Shown here one piece after another: positions 35,960 through 50,796 of a stretch of DNA of 64,000 nt (position 1 is its first letter; every line of letters begins with the position of its first letter). Under the pieces are notes generated by a model. That model worked only from the letters and a program-made list of their open reading frames with translations. It had not been told where the DNA came from and did no database searches. The position numbers and the translations under genes were made by a program. The stretch comes from Mizuhopecten yessoensis (Eukaryota). The stretch spans positions 336,470 to 400,469 of the forward strand of contig NW_018480062.1 of assembly GCF_002113885.1 (NCBI RefSeq), given 5' to 3'.

Positions 35960-38640
35960 CATATTATATTCGTTTTTCAAATGTAAGCACACATAATTCA
36001 CACGTATCAGTCTAGATACCTCAAATGTTATTACACATAAAAACAAACACATTATACTCACCAATTCAAATGTAATGACAATTAAAAACACACACAAATT
36101 ATACTGAACTCGACATTTTACATGTAATCAAACATAAAATACATGCATTATACTCGACAATTCAAACGTAATGACACATAAAAGCAGACACATTATACTG
36201 TACTCGACAATGTACATGTAATAACACATAAAACACACGCATTATACTGGGCATTTCAAATGCAATGATACATAAAAACACACACACTATACTTTACTCG
36301 ACAAGTTACATGTAATTAAACATAAAAAACACACAACTTATACTGTACTCGACAAGTTGCATGTAATTACACATAAAAACACACACATTATACTGTACTC
36401 GACAAGTTACATGTAATTACACATAAAAGCACACACATTATACTGTTCTCGACAAGTTACGTGTAATTACACATAAAAGCACACCATTATCCTGTACTCG
36501 ACAATTTACATGTAATTACACATAAAAGCACACACATTATCCTGTACTCGACAATTTACATGTAATTACACATAAAAGCACATACATCATACTGTACTCG
36601 ACAAGTTACATGTAATGACACTTAAAATCACACACATTATACTATACTCGACAAGTTACATGTAATTACACATAAAATCACATATATTATACTGTACTCG
36701 ACAAGTTACATTTAATTACACATAAAAGCACACACCTTAAACTGTACTCGACAATTTACATGTAATTACTCATAAAAGCACACATATTATACTGTACTCG
36801 ACACTTTACATGTAATTACACATAAAAGCACATATATTATACTGTACTCGACAAGTTACATTTAATTACACATAAAAGCACACACCTTAAACTGTACTCG
36901 ATAATTTACATGTAATTACACATAAAAGCACATACATCATACTGTGCTCGACAAGTTACATGTAATTACACATAAAGGCACATATATTATACTGTACTCG
37001 ACAAGGTACATGTAATTACACATAAAAGCACACGAATTATCAACTTCAAAACGTTATGGCCGACACATCACCTTTCATTAAAACATATAAACGCACACAC
37101 ATTATACTGTACTAGACATTTTACATGTAATTACACATAAAAGGACATATATTATACTGTACTCGACAAGGTACATGTAATTACACATAAAAGCACACCC
37201 CTTATACTGTACTCGACAAGTTACATGTAATCACACATAAAAGCACACATATTATACGGTACTCGACAAGTTAAATGCAATTACACATAAAAGCACACAT
37301 ATTATACGGTACTCGACAAGTTAAATGCAATTACACATAAAAGCACACATATTATACTGTACTCGCAAGTTACATGTAATAACACATAAAAGCACACACA
37401 TTATACTGTATTCGACAAGTTACATGTAATTACACATAGAAGCACATATATTATACTGTACTCGACAAGTTACATGCAATTACACATAAAAGCACACATA
37501 TTATACTGTACTCGCAAGTTACATGTAATAACACATAAAAGCACACACATTATACTGTTCTCGACAAGTTACGTGTAATTACACATAAAAGCACACCATT
37601 ATCCTGTACTCGTCAATTTACATGTAATTACACATAAAAGCACACCCCTTATACTGTACTCGACAAGTTACATGTAATGACACTTAAAATCACACACATT
37701 ATACTATACTCGACAAGTTACATGTAATTACACATAGAAGCACATATATTATACTGTACTCGACAAGTTACATGCAATTACACATAAAAGCACACATATT
37801 ATACGGTACTCGACAAGTTACATGTAATTACACATAAAGCACATATATTATACTGTACTCGACAAGGTACATGTAATTACACATAAAAGCACACACCTTA
37901 TACGGTACTCGACAAGTTACATGTAATTACTCATAAAAGCACACACCTTATGCTGTTCTCGACAAATTCCATGTAATTACGCTTAAAAGCGCACACCTTA
38001 TACTGTACTCGACAATTTACATATAATTACACATAAAAGCACACACCTTAAACTGTACTCGACAATTTACATGTAATTACTCATAAATGCACACACCGTA
38101 TTCTGTACTCGACAAGTTACATGTAATTACATATAAAAGCACACGCATTATACTGTACTCGACAAGTTACATGTAATTACACATAAAAGCACACATATTA
38201 TACGGTACTCGACAAGTTACATGCAATTACACATAAAAGCACACATATTATACTGTACTCGACAAGTTACATGTAATTACACAAAAAAGCACACATATTT
38301 TACTGTACTCGACATTTTACATGTAATTCCACATAATAGCACACACCTTATACTGTACTCGACAATTTATATGTAATTACACATAAAAGCACACACCTTA
38401 TACTGTGCTCGACAATTTACATATAATTACACATAAAAACACACACCTTATACTGTACTCGACAAGTTACATGCAATTACACATAAAAGCACACATATTA
38501 TACGGTACTCGACAAGTTACATGCAATTAAACATAAAAGCACACATATTATACTGTACTCGACAAGTTACATGTAATTACACATAAAAGCACACACCTTA
38601 TACTGTACTCGACAAGTTTCATGTAATTACACATAAAACA
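35960..38640. repeat. 50-bp satellite array (~50 copies)
   Basis: Consensus TTATACTGTACTCGACAAGTTACATGTAATTACACATAAAAGCACACATA with internal palindrome TTACATGTAA; degenerate left edge; interrupted at 37041-37086. Confidence 0.97.
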
Positions 38641-39510
38641 CATGTGTTTGTAGGGGGCGTAAGAGAGATCAGTCATCGGTCAAATAACATAGTTACGATT
38701 CTTTATTGTTCTCTTCACACATTTTACACAACTTACTTCAATTTTCTCATTTGTTGCCTAACTGCCGTGTCAGAATTCTTGTCATTTGAACCTGTATGAC
38801 GTAAATCACGAACCCACAATTAAATGATTAAAGAAAATAGTAGGGACACTAACGGTTCTGTCAAAAACAAATTAGCGTGGCTCAATTAAAATAGGGTTTT
38901 TATTATTGCAAAATATGAAGTAGCTCTTAACGTATTTTCCAATATTCCCAAAGCTATCAGTACTGTCATACTCATTTCAAACCTACGTTATAAAACTTGA
39001 CTGTTTATGGCATGAAGCATTTGATTACCACAGGATGGTGATTATATTAACTGCTAAAGATACAAAACGTGACAAATGCGTCCTCCTGATGGGTTAGCAT
39101 AGCACTTGAGGCGCTTTACTGTAGCCGTTATACACATAAAGCTGCATGATTATTGGAACTCTCTATACAAAGGAGACAAAAAACATGTCTAAAGGCAATG
39201 CGTTTCTAACACAATCATGTGGCAAGATTGCTTGGATTTTAATGTTTGTTTATCTAAGAGATTTATTCTTTGTGAACAAATTGAATAAACATGTAGAGTA
39301 AAGGTACAACATGTAATTTGTTATTATTATTATAAATACAATAAACGATTATCAATACAATGTATAATCATTATTACAATGGCAATTAACACAAAAGTAA
39401 AGACGATCAATATGAAACCATCGATATCGACAAAATAACTCATTTAGATAAATATTAATCTATAACACAAATTACCTATTTTTTGCACAATATTAGATAA
39501 CATAAAGAAG

Positions 39511-39692
39511 CAACTTCAAAACGTTATGGCCGACACATCACCTTTCATTAAAACATTTCTGTTTGACACATAAAAATACACACATTATACTGTACTCGAC
39601 AATTTACATGTAATTACACATAAAAGCACACGAATTATCAACTTCAAAACGTTATGGCCGACACATCACCTTTCATTAAAACATTTCTGTTT
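39511..39692. repeat. 54-bp direct repeat flanking an orphan satellite fragment
   Basis: 39511-39564 = 39639-39692; between them ~1.4 units of the 50-bp satellite. Confidence 0.9.
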
Positions 39693-39912
39693 CGTTGACC
39701 TCAGCAAGGTAGAGGAAATTAGCTTTTAGTATAAGCACGAGAAAAGTATTTCGAAGATGGTACCAGATACCGGTTTATCAAATGTTAGTAATTTAAACCC
39801 ATTTCTTAATTTATGCAATTTCTGTGCTTTCTCTAACCCCGACTCAGCCTCAACACTGACTTAAACGTGTCAAATTCCATCCTTAAAATTATCTGGTTAC
39901 AGATGCACTATT

Positions 39913-40860
39913 ACACAGCTTTTTCTAATGATCGCACAACCTTACACAATGTGCGGAGGGCGCACGGTGCGTGTACGTTGTGTGCACGTTGTGTGAATGA
40001 TGTTTGCACGATGTGCGAACGATGAAAAAATTGGACGATCATTGCTTGCGCACATTTGTGCGCACGATGGACGAACGTTGTGTGATAACAATCTTGGTTG
40101 GTGTAAATTGAGGAATTCCTTAACAGTATATACGGTTTCGTGTTTAAACATATAAACTTGATTTTTAAGTATGTTTCTATATACGAGCTGTATCTATAAT
40201 TATAATATAATTAAGCTTATCTTTAAAAAAAATAACGACCTTAATCGACATGTAAAATTATAACACAGTTCCCGTATACAGGTGAACATACCATGTATCT
40301 ACTTTATACATGAACCTGGACCGTACTTGTCCCCTCATCGGGGTGTGAAAATCCAGGTTAAGGGGATCTATAAGCCAAACCGAATGCAAATAACAAATAC
40401 TAATGTTTCATAACGGTCATAAGGTATCACACATCAGCTATATGTGTCAGTCACACGCCAGGTATAACTCCGGTCACTCATCAAAATGTTATTTACCTGT
40501 TCTGTTACCTAGGAGTCAAACCCATTCTTGACAGTCTAACGGTCACTGTAATACTGTGTAACGCGCATTGTAAACTTGTACATAATCTTATTTATTGTGA
40601 TGAGAAATCACAGTATTATATACAGTGTACATGTACATTATTGCATAAGAGCCTTCCGTATTTATTTCATTTCGTAATATTGATCAACAAGTTGTACCTA
40701 ATCGCAAAGTTGTGCACAGAGAAGCTCACAACGGGGCGAACGTTTGTTAAATCGCACAGTTGTGCGCACCATGTGTGGACGATGTGCGAACGGTGTGTGA
40801 ACGATGCATGCACGGTGTGCGCACGCTATTTTTGGTGCGTTGTGCGGTCACACAGCTGTA
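39913..40860. mobile_element. Putative non-autonomous DNA transposon with 11-bp subterminal repeats
   Basis: Degenerate TIR CAGCT..TGATCGCACAAC / GTTGTGCGGTCACACAGCTG; clusters of ACG(A/G/T)TGTG(C/T)G motifs at both ends. Confidence 0.45.
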
Positions 40861-43800
40861 TTTCATTGCTATACCTTGGTGTTTGAAAATCGCAACACCT
40901 TTACATACAGATGATATGTTGCCTGCGTGAACAAGTTTTTTTTTTTTTTGTAATGGTTTTATTTTTTCAAGTTTTTTCATTACATATACATATACATAAA
41001 CAGGACATTCACGCATTCAGCGTGAACAAGTTAATATTCCTTCCCGAACCGATAGAATACACAGCCGAGTTCCAGCAATTTATCCAACCGAAAACAAGAA
41101 AGGCAACCGATAAGAAACGATGCAATGTTGAATGCAAGACAGCGATCTCGCCAGAAGTTAATGGCCATACCTCTTATTATTTCTCCGACAATCAATTAAG
41201 TAAAAGAGATAGAGCGCCAGTGATGTTAATGGTGACTGAACATCTCTCTCGACATACATCACCATTTCCATTGTCAGGCTGTAAAAGGCCTCTAAACTAC
41301 CTTCAATAAAAGATGGAATAATGACGTTTTGGATTGGTTGCCGACAAAGCAACACACTCAAATTGCACACTTTCGTTTACACGAACTATTTGTCTTACAG
41401 GTATTAATTAACCCTTAGCGTGATCGTGTTATTTTTATTCTTCCCGATAGTAAATACGATACATTGAATTATTTTTAAAATGCCAGCTACATGTTATAAT
41501 TGCATACCAGAAGATACGTATTTTTACTTAATTCAAGCTATATATTCTGCAAGCAATTTAATACCGTCGATGAATTTTCCGACTACAAAAGTAGATTTGT
41601 TTCAACTAAAAACCTGACTTAAGTGTTATTTGTTCAATCTGAAAACAAATACTTGATTGTCATTAAGTAGAAATCAAGGCCGGCAACCTTAGCAACAATC
41701 TATATTAATATCAATTTATGTGAAATTTAATCATAATCTACGGCTCTTAGAAACCCCACCAGATACATATCACTTTTCTTCGAGAAAACCTTTATACTGT
41801 ATTTAAATTATATCCGTATATCTAATAAATATCACCCCCCTGGAAAAGCAAGCTTTGCTACATGTATCATTAACCTAAGTCTCCTTCAGTCAATATTAAT
41901 TGACACCTTGGTAAATTAGACTTCATGAAGTGCAAACCTCAACGATTTTATACTTTATTCAGTTACCAATGTAGTTTCTTTAAACCAATTATCAATGCTT
42001 GAAAATATAAGAGCAGTGACGAAAAACAAATCTACTCAGTTAATTGTATTTGCTCTGTATCTTCTAACATCCGTGATTAAAGTCACATCAACGGATATAT
42101 CATCCGGATTGATAGTTGACCTCTCAAATTAACAGTGTATCCACATTCACATTTAGTGGAATAATGGATATTTCCCAACAAGCCTTGAAAGCAATTTGCT
42201 TGGCTTTAAACGTATCAAATCATAAATGTTAGCTGCCAAATCCAAAAACATTCAGCCTAATTGTGTAAAATAATGAATGGAGATATACATACGGAAGAAA
42301 ATAGGAACCTACGAGACTCCCATCCTCGATATCCAGGAGTAACGCCCACTTTCGCTCTCCGCACCCCTGGAATATGTCATAGCAAAATTGAAGGCTTAGT
42401 GTGCGCCACCTTGTTGATGAGACAAGAAGACTAGTTCGATCCTTCGATCTACACAGGAAACTAGATCATGTGACGTATAAGGCGTTTTGTGACCATTTTG
42501 CTGCTTTTGTTATTATGACCCCTGGCCGATATAGAAATTAAAAAATTGACGATTTATATGGAAAGTACTAGATCAAAAGATATTTCAATCCAAGAAAGAA
42601 TCTCAGATCGTTTTTTATGTTGTTGATAATTCCTGATAAATTATCACGACAGTGTAATTGTAAATACTTAAGTAATGGTTAAAATCAGTACTAATTAAAA
42701 AAACAAATGTTTAAAGCGAAAACCTTTTTCTTTTAGTAATGGATGTTTAATTAAATTCATGACAACTTAGTATAAACGTCCTTATATCCACCTGTCGTCT
42801 CTCGCTATGCTACTGACTTAACGATTAGTGGTATCTGATGATATGATGCTATTTAACCATGTATCTGAGATGATATAACCACTGTCATTTCCTGTCCTAG
42901 CAGGAGTCTGTGGCATCGTAAAATAACTTCTAATTGCGAAATCACATGCTAAACTCTACTTCCAATTTATCCACTTCTTATCATTACAAGAATTATTTCA
43001 ATATTATGTACCACAGCTAACATTTCGAGTAAAAGTTGATAGTAAGCAGTCACGGGGTCCAGATTGGTAAATACTTTTTTAATCTACACTCAATAGCAAT
43101 AAGAACGACAACAGTTACAGGAAATTATGGAGTGCTGGCTCTCTCAATTTTTATGCCGATGGCATCTGTCATGAAGTCTCAAGTGATATCCAGGAAAGTA
43201 CTCACATTCGATCTCAAATACGGCAAGAAATAATTTGATCACAATTAAAGCTGGCATTTAATAACAAGACAGAATGTCATCGTTTACGTTAATCATCCTA
43301 GATTGAAGCTTCTCATGTAGACTACAGGGGATAATTTTGCTTATTTGTTAACATGGCGCATCGATCAAGATCGTCTTGATACATACACTCTAAATTAGTG
43401 AATCGACTGTGACATGTAATACCAATAAACAGAAGAAGGATTTGTCCACAAAGTGATGCATATGTTCCAAACAAAAGCAATCTTAATCGGATATACTCAC
43501 CGTCATGTTTAAGCAGATCGAAATGGTAAAAATATGTGGGATGAGGCGAACATTATGCATGTTACTTGTTGTTATAGAAAAACTAACGGTCGTGAACATT
43601 TTTTTTAACTAATTAATTTACAACAGCATTTCAAAGATGTTGTAGGTTTGCAGAAATACGGGAATTATTTCACATGTACAAATCTTTGAATAATTCATTT
43701 CTTTAACAGAGAGCGACTTCTAAGCAATTCCAAAGAAAGAAAACAAAAAAACTCACACATCCAGTATGCATGTTAAACTGCAATTTATATATGTTATATT

Positions 43801-44695
43801 TAATTATAAATCCCGAAGCCCCCTTAAAAGGGATTACGTAATTCACTATAAGTGACGTTTTTAAACAACTCAAACAAATGATTCCGTTGCACAAAATCAA
43901 ACTTTGTAAAGCCTCTCCTTTTTCATATGAATGCAAAACCTATTCTCACATTTCTTCATCCGGATTCAATTAGCATAAGATTGCAACTATTGTGCCAAAC
44001 AAATGTGTGAAGCAAACAGTCTTGAGGACAGTATTGCAACGGGGGCAGCAGATCGATTTTGTTTTCTTCAATAAGGAAGAAGAAAGAAAGAGTAGGAAAA
44101 CACTCAGATAATGTTGAAACACAAACCTCATACCATTCAATTCACGCGTTCACATTGTCAGTTTTTACGGAAGAATACTTTCTACGGTTAATCGATGAAA
44201 CTTTCAATAATTTCCAGTCAAAATTTTCTGATGTGGTTCAGATTGTCTGTTTGCTTTTGTTTTGTTTTAATTAAACATATAAACACGTTAATGTTTTAAA
44301 GAACTGCTTGACTGAAAATCGTTCTGATCTCGTCATTAAAAAGCCTTTGAAAATCGACGTCATGAAATTTGAAACGGTATACAAAACCCACCATTAGCCA
44401 ACACAGTCAGAAGTGAGGTGTTGCCAAGGGTGGCGTCATAAAGTGTAAAAAGTACAAATAAAACACATCCTCTGTATTCACTTCTTTCATGACCTTAGAT
44501 ATAGCAACGACAAGTATCTCAGAACACAAAAACCTATTTCATGGATGTATTGGGACACTCTTGCTTTCTTTCAATGTACAAAACACTTTACACTTCACTA
44601 TGCATGTTGGAAACTCTCACATGCACTTTCTGCCAAATTATTTAAGATTTGCTCATAAATACGACAATCCCTGCGCTTTCATCTTAGACACAAAC

Positions 44696-44795
44696 GCTAC
44701 ACAAGTGCTACGGAAATGATACGCAAGTGCTATGGAAACACTATGCAAGTGTAATGGGAACGTTACATAAGTGCTACGGAAAACCCACGCACATT
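44696..44795. repeat. 22-bp minisatellite, ~4.5 copies
   Basis: CAAGTGCTACGGAAA-type unit repeated. Confidence 0.7.
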
Positions 44796-45773
44796 GTGCG
44801 CTCTTAATGGAAGAGGATACGTGTACGGATATGTACATCAGCCAATCAGAGTGCGGTAATATTTACACGTGTAATAAAGGAGTCGGCATCTATATTTTGG
44901 GTTGGTTTTATTTTGTTTAACATCATAATCAAAGGTCTTTGAGGACAAGCTTCCATAAGTGTAACCTATGCATGTTTGCTGAAAGGTTTCTTGGTTAAGT
45001 TGCATCCTTGCGATAACGCGTATCTGATGCCGATACCAGAGCGCCATCTCACTGAAATAATATGCCACGGGCACCCAGTGAAGCAATCAATCAGGTCACA
45101 CTATATTGACAACAGGTTAAACAGTTGTAGAAGATTATTATTTTATTAGCTATATTTGTATATATTATGTTAATACATAATATCCGTATTTAATTGATAA
45201 TCCGTCTTATTAGTACTTTTACTGAATTCGACATTGTATGCGAAGTCTCCAGATATCTTTAAAATTCAAATATGTTTACTGTATCGCTATATGACTGCGC
45301 TTGCCATTTGTAAACAATAATGAGTTTGGTAGAATACTTGAGAGATTTCGATTTCGACTGAACTAATGAGAATAGTCCTCTTTGTTACAATTTCCTTGAG
45401 ATTACTGAAAGTAAATGTTTCAATGACAACAGCAAAATTATAGAGATTAGATTAACTATCCGCGTTAATACGATAGTGAATAAAAATTGCTTACAGCAGT
45501 GAACCAAGGAAGCCATATATCTCGGTATGTGGGCATGGTAGAGGTTCCTTTTATCTAAGGCTTCAAATTGTTGCGTAAATCGTTCGAATGACGTAGCCAC
45601 GCCACATACAAATGTAGCGTCACCTACTAGAGTGATCAAGATAGGTACATGTGTAGTACAGTTACAGTGTCGATAGCTCTATGGTAAACTGTATAGAACC
45701 TTGTCGTTTGCCGCTTAAGTTAACATGTTTCCATGTAAAAATAATATAATCTGAATTTGAACCCATTTTCACA

Positions 45774-47095
45774 TTTTCTATCCCCCGCGAAAATCGGGGG
45801 ATAATAATTGGGCCCGTCCGTCTGTCATGTTTCCGTTTCCGCGCAATAACTACACCGATGATGGTTTGATGTCAACAAAATTTAGTCTACATGTACACAT
45901 TACCATGTTTAAGACTGAGTTCGCTCGTCAATGTGATCCTTGCATTTTTACGCATCATTAATTACACTTAAACGTATAATTTCTGATTGACTAATTGGTC
46001 TCCGTGCAATACGTGCTCTAATAATGGTTCTATTTCAACAAAATTTGGTGTGCACATACATACAACATGTTTAAGACTAAGTGCACTGGTCAATATCAAC
46101 TGTGCATATTTACGCATACTTAATAACCGTGATACATTTTGATTTGTTTATTGGTTTCCAGGCAATAAGTGCGTTAATAATTATGAGGTGTGCACATACA
46201 TATTAAAATGTTTAAGACTAACTTCACTCGTCAATACGAACCGTGCATATTTATGGAAAATTAAGTACACTTATACTTTCTAATTGGGAAATAGGTTTCT
46301 GTGCAATAACTTCGCTTAATGATGGTCCTATTTCAACACACCTTGCTGTGCACATACATTGTACATATTTATATGTAACAGGCTCCATACGCTCGTCGAA
46401 GTTTACGAATGATTAATAACACTTCATTAATAAGTAAATACATTATTAGCAAATGTTTTCAAAAACCCTAACATTTAATGGTAATCTTTTGTTGAAGTCA
46501 GTGACTGCGAAATATTGCAAAACATCTCATTTTTAAGGAGGATATGATTGTGAATGTGGGCAAGGGAAGCAATCCCTATACAGGATAAACATTTCCCTAC
46601 TTATAATCAACAGATCCATTTCGTATGGAAAATAAGGTTTTCAGAGGTCCTAACTTTCTCTCCTGTAATTGATTTTTATATATCAAATAGATGAGGACAA
46701 ATAACTGCACCCTGTCTTATTCCCAGACTAGCGAAGCTCAGGTTATCAATCAGTCACATATGTATATGGTAGCCAATGAAATCATTGTATACTACAAATT
46801 CTCAATGAAATAACAATGAAAAGTTCCCATAGTGGCATGAGTGACCAATGAAATTTGGCTTAAACATAAACTCCCTAGAATTATTATAAGATGTTACATT
46901 ACATAACATAGGTACTCCTGACCTACTAGCCATTTTGAAACAAACTGAAGGCCTATTTTTAAGAGACATTTTCTGTTCTGTCTGCTCTTAATTCTCCATA
47001 CTAGCATATCATGTTTCAATTAACTCAACATTAACACTTCATCTAAAACATGTTTTTAAAGCGGGGGATATGAATTCCACGAATTTGCTTGTTTT
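45774..47095 (+). mobile_element. HINE/Helentron-type non-autonomous element with internal ~150-bp tandem repeats
   Basis: 5' TATCCCCCGC with local hairpin CGGGGGATA, GTCC/GTCT microsatellite, 3-4 internal repeats (45835-46390), 3' GCGGGGGATA (47061-47070) then a short hairpin and CTTGTTTT. Confidence 0.7.
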
Positions 47096-50000
47096 AAAAT
47101 CAAAACATTAATTTGGCATTTTTCAATCAGGATATGGTCACATGCATGGCCATTAATATCACTTTCCACAAGCGGATTTTCAAACATATGAAACAAGTAT
47201 TGACACCTGATAATAAGCAATCTTTTCATCCAAGCAAATCCGATTACACGGCATCAACTATTTAAATGCTTGATACATATCTCATCAATCGTAACGGACA
47301 GACATAATCTGGCCAAATGACCGTCTGGCTCCTCGGAGACCTGTGTGACGTAGGCCGTATAGAACAAACAGTATTTATGATGTCTAGGCTAGTAACCACA
47401 GCAATGGTCAGTGTATTTTGAGCCATGATCAGTATACTCCACAGGGACTATTTCTAACGTGAAAATCATCCATACATACAATGTGCATAATATGTTTAAC
47501 TAGTTTGCTTGTATAAGGTTACATCAATAAAAATATTGTCATGCATGGTCACATGTCAGCAAATGAGTACACAAGTTCAAATTAGTCTATACACAGGGGC
47601 TTTGACAATATCAATTTTCGGACATAAAGTATATGATGTATATGACTGCATACTGTGCATATATTATAGACAATAGTAAATATATCGGACCAAACAAAAA
47701 TTGTGTTTCAAATTCCCTGACTGACCCTAGTTTTACCTCCTACCCTAACAATTGTATCTTACTTGAGAATGCACTCCATCCAGTGTTCTGATAACTTGTC
47801 CATTGGATGCAAACAGATCAATGGACAAACCATATTCCTGAAATTAGCCCCCAGCCATAAAAAAAAGAAAAAAAATCCCGATGGACCTTCCCTTTTTTTG
47901 CAGACATGTTACTTGAAGGCTTTAGCTGAAATCAAGCATACCATTTCAAAAACAAAATGTATTGATTGTAGATATACTTGGAGATATTTTCTGTAGAAAC
48001 TGCCGCACACCGACAATATGAAGAGTTAGATATACGGCAAAAACTAACCCTAATTATTACAATTTGATTAAAGGAGTGTGTCACATATAAAACGACTACA
48101 CTGCTCGCAGTTAGTTATCAGGGGTTGTCCCAAAGGGATGACTCAAAGCTGCGATATGTTTTTGAAATGTTTGTGAAGATCTCTCTATCAAATATGTTGA
48201 AGATTCATTCCATATTTTCTTTGAAACATCACACGAAGAGCCTATCAAATAGTATACCTACCGATCATATCGGTATTATTAACTATACATACAAATACTT
48301 GTTTCGGAATTAACTGGACCAACACGTACCAAAATGACTCTTCTAAAGACAAGACCGTTTGAACTATACAAATGAAGAATTGATTATAGAGCTGCATTAC
48401 GTATCGGAAAAGCCGGAGATATTAAATAACCATCGCTAACATCTAATCACAGACAGACACCCACTCGCCCCAATTATATTTCCCATAGGTCAAAGACAAT
48501 AAAGTCAATGACATCGTTGATTAGAAGGAGCCAAGAGGTGAAACTGGAGACGTTACTTCATTGGCAGCGTCGTTAGCACGTTGTTAACACTGACTGAATA
48601 CTACTGATTACCGGGGGATATTTTAGAGTGTGCTTTATTTGAGATATCGTACATGTACGAACATAATTCACATTTACTAAAATGGTTGTTTACCTGGGGA
48701 CCTTTTGCATGTGTTTCATTGGAAGCATCGTTAAGCGTTGTTTAAGGAATTAAGGGTAATTTCCGGCCTCATCGGGGATTTTGAATTAGTTGTTATATTC
48801 GTAATCTAGAATAAATGAAGTATGCAAATATGAAATTTCAAATTCATCCGACAACTGTTTTAGGAGATATGGCATTACAGAGAGAGACATAAACCCGCAA
48901 TTTCATAATGGAATGAGTGAATAGTGTGTAGTGTGCGTTATTTGGTTGAACATTTGCCGTTGTGAAGGAAATTAACTAAATTAACGCATGCAATAAACAA
49001 ACAAAACATTTGACAAATTGACATTTAACATTGTCATACCAGTGTTCATTGTCATACCAGTGTTCATTCGTTGAAAGGAATTGTGTTTGTATCATGTGGA
49101 GGCTTTCAATTCTGCATGCCTACAGTCAAAAAACATAATCATATTTGGCTATTTCTGCATAGCAACACGATTTCTACGCATGCGCATTGGGGAAAAAATG
49201 CACAAAAAAAAGTAGCCTTAATTAACCAACATGATGTTTATAACAGAAATTGGTAAATATATTCAGTTGAGATTTTCACCCATAACGCCCGTATGTCCTT
49301 TTCTAAATATGTTTGTCGGTTTTGTCCAACCCATGTGTTTTTCTCTCAATAATTTAACTTGAATTAATGTCGAACTTTGAAAATACTGAAGCTATATATT
49401 GAATATTGCTTTATCAGTGTACAGGAGTTCTTAATCCAATAACAAGTTACCATCGTTTTGATTTCAATTGATTAGATAAAGTAGATTAAAATTTCAATTA
49501 ATGTTTCATTGATAAATTTTATAGAAGATTTATCATCGCTTTAACAGTCATTTAAGGACATGCCTCCATGTCTGTAATGTTTAATGAGTACTGGAGGTGG
49601 CACGTGACTCCTTACGATAGCACGGATCTAATGCCGTGTCTGAAGCCGACTTTAGAGTTCCACCTCACTAAAATACCATACCGAATGCACTCAGCACCCC
49701 GCATTCCGCCTGATTCGTAACATGTATGCTGCCAATGGTTAAATCCAGTTGTTGCGATTACCATAAATACTACGAAATATGTTAAAGTTTAAACAGTTCA
49801 TGTCATATGAAGACAACGGATACAACAATTTTGTTTTTGTCCCCAATGTGTGGCACCTGTAATGGGAAAACAAGAAAATATAACAATTCAGTAGGGATTC
49901 CAACATTAGTTGCCCTCTACAAGACTAGTAACTAGTTTATTCTTTACTCTATCACCGACCTGCATGTCGTAACGGAGCAGTCATTCTTGGGAGTGTGAGT

Positions 50001-50713
50001 GCGAATGTGATTGTGTCTAATCTTTGTGACTACACGGTCATATTCAATATTGTAGCGTTGTTTAACATCATCGACTCTTGTCCAACACCTACAACTACAA
50101 TCCCCCTTAATATTCCTTCAATCTCATCCTCTGTCTTCCTCTCCTCCCCGCCGTCCTATCGCTCAGCGTGATATTTTGTTACCCACCTTTCAATCACATC
50201 CATTCCCGTTATTTCTCCTTGACTGTAGAATATAATGACGTAACACACGACTAACACATCGGGTCCTTGTCATCTGTCTTCAATACAGATACAATATTGT
50301 TATGATGATGGAGTTCGTTTCTATTTCAATAAGATCACTTTTCCATTGTATAAGCAGCTTACAACATTAAATTGTTACATGCACTTTAATACTTAAATAT
50401 CTACATCCTTTTATGCGCAACTTAATACCAATAATAATAACAGAAAGTCCCTTTACGAATTTATTTTCATTTTTAAAATTGTTAATGCTTCAACACAATT
50501 GATGCTGGCTGCGTTTTTTAACGATGATATTATTTACAATCAAAGAATCAACGATATTTTTTTAATGTCGTATACGCAGCACTTCCCTCAACAGAGATAG
50601 GTGATTAATAAAGACGGTACATGTATATATCAAATTTATGTAACCATATCTAGTATTATCTGCAATTGATTTGAACCCATGCTTTGCATTTATTGGGATA
50701 CGCGTCCTATTAA

Positions 50714-50796
50714 CCCTTTCACCCCTGTATAATTTTAGTAGACTCTACCATGCATTGATATGGATGAGTCCATTATGGTCTACAGTGGTGAAAGGG
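50714..50796. mobile_element. 83-bp piggyBac-type MITE
   Basis: TTAA|CCCTTTCACCCCTGTA ... TACAGTGGTGAAAGGG|TTAA; 16-bp TIR with 1 mismatch. Confidence 0.85.

Noticed and set aside
35960-38640. CRISPR-like periodicity
   Set aside because: Contiguous monomers with no unique spacers and no cas genes, in a eukaryotic context.
48750-49435. Possible TTAA-flanked Kolobok-like element
   Set aside because: No convincing second TIR.
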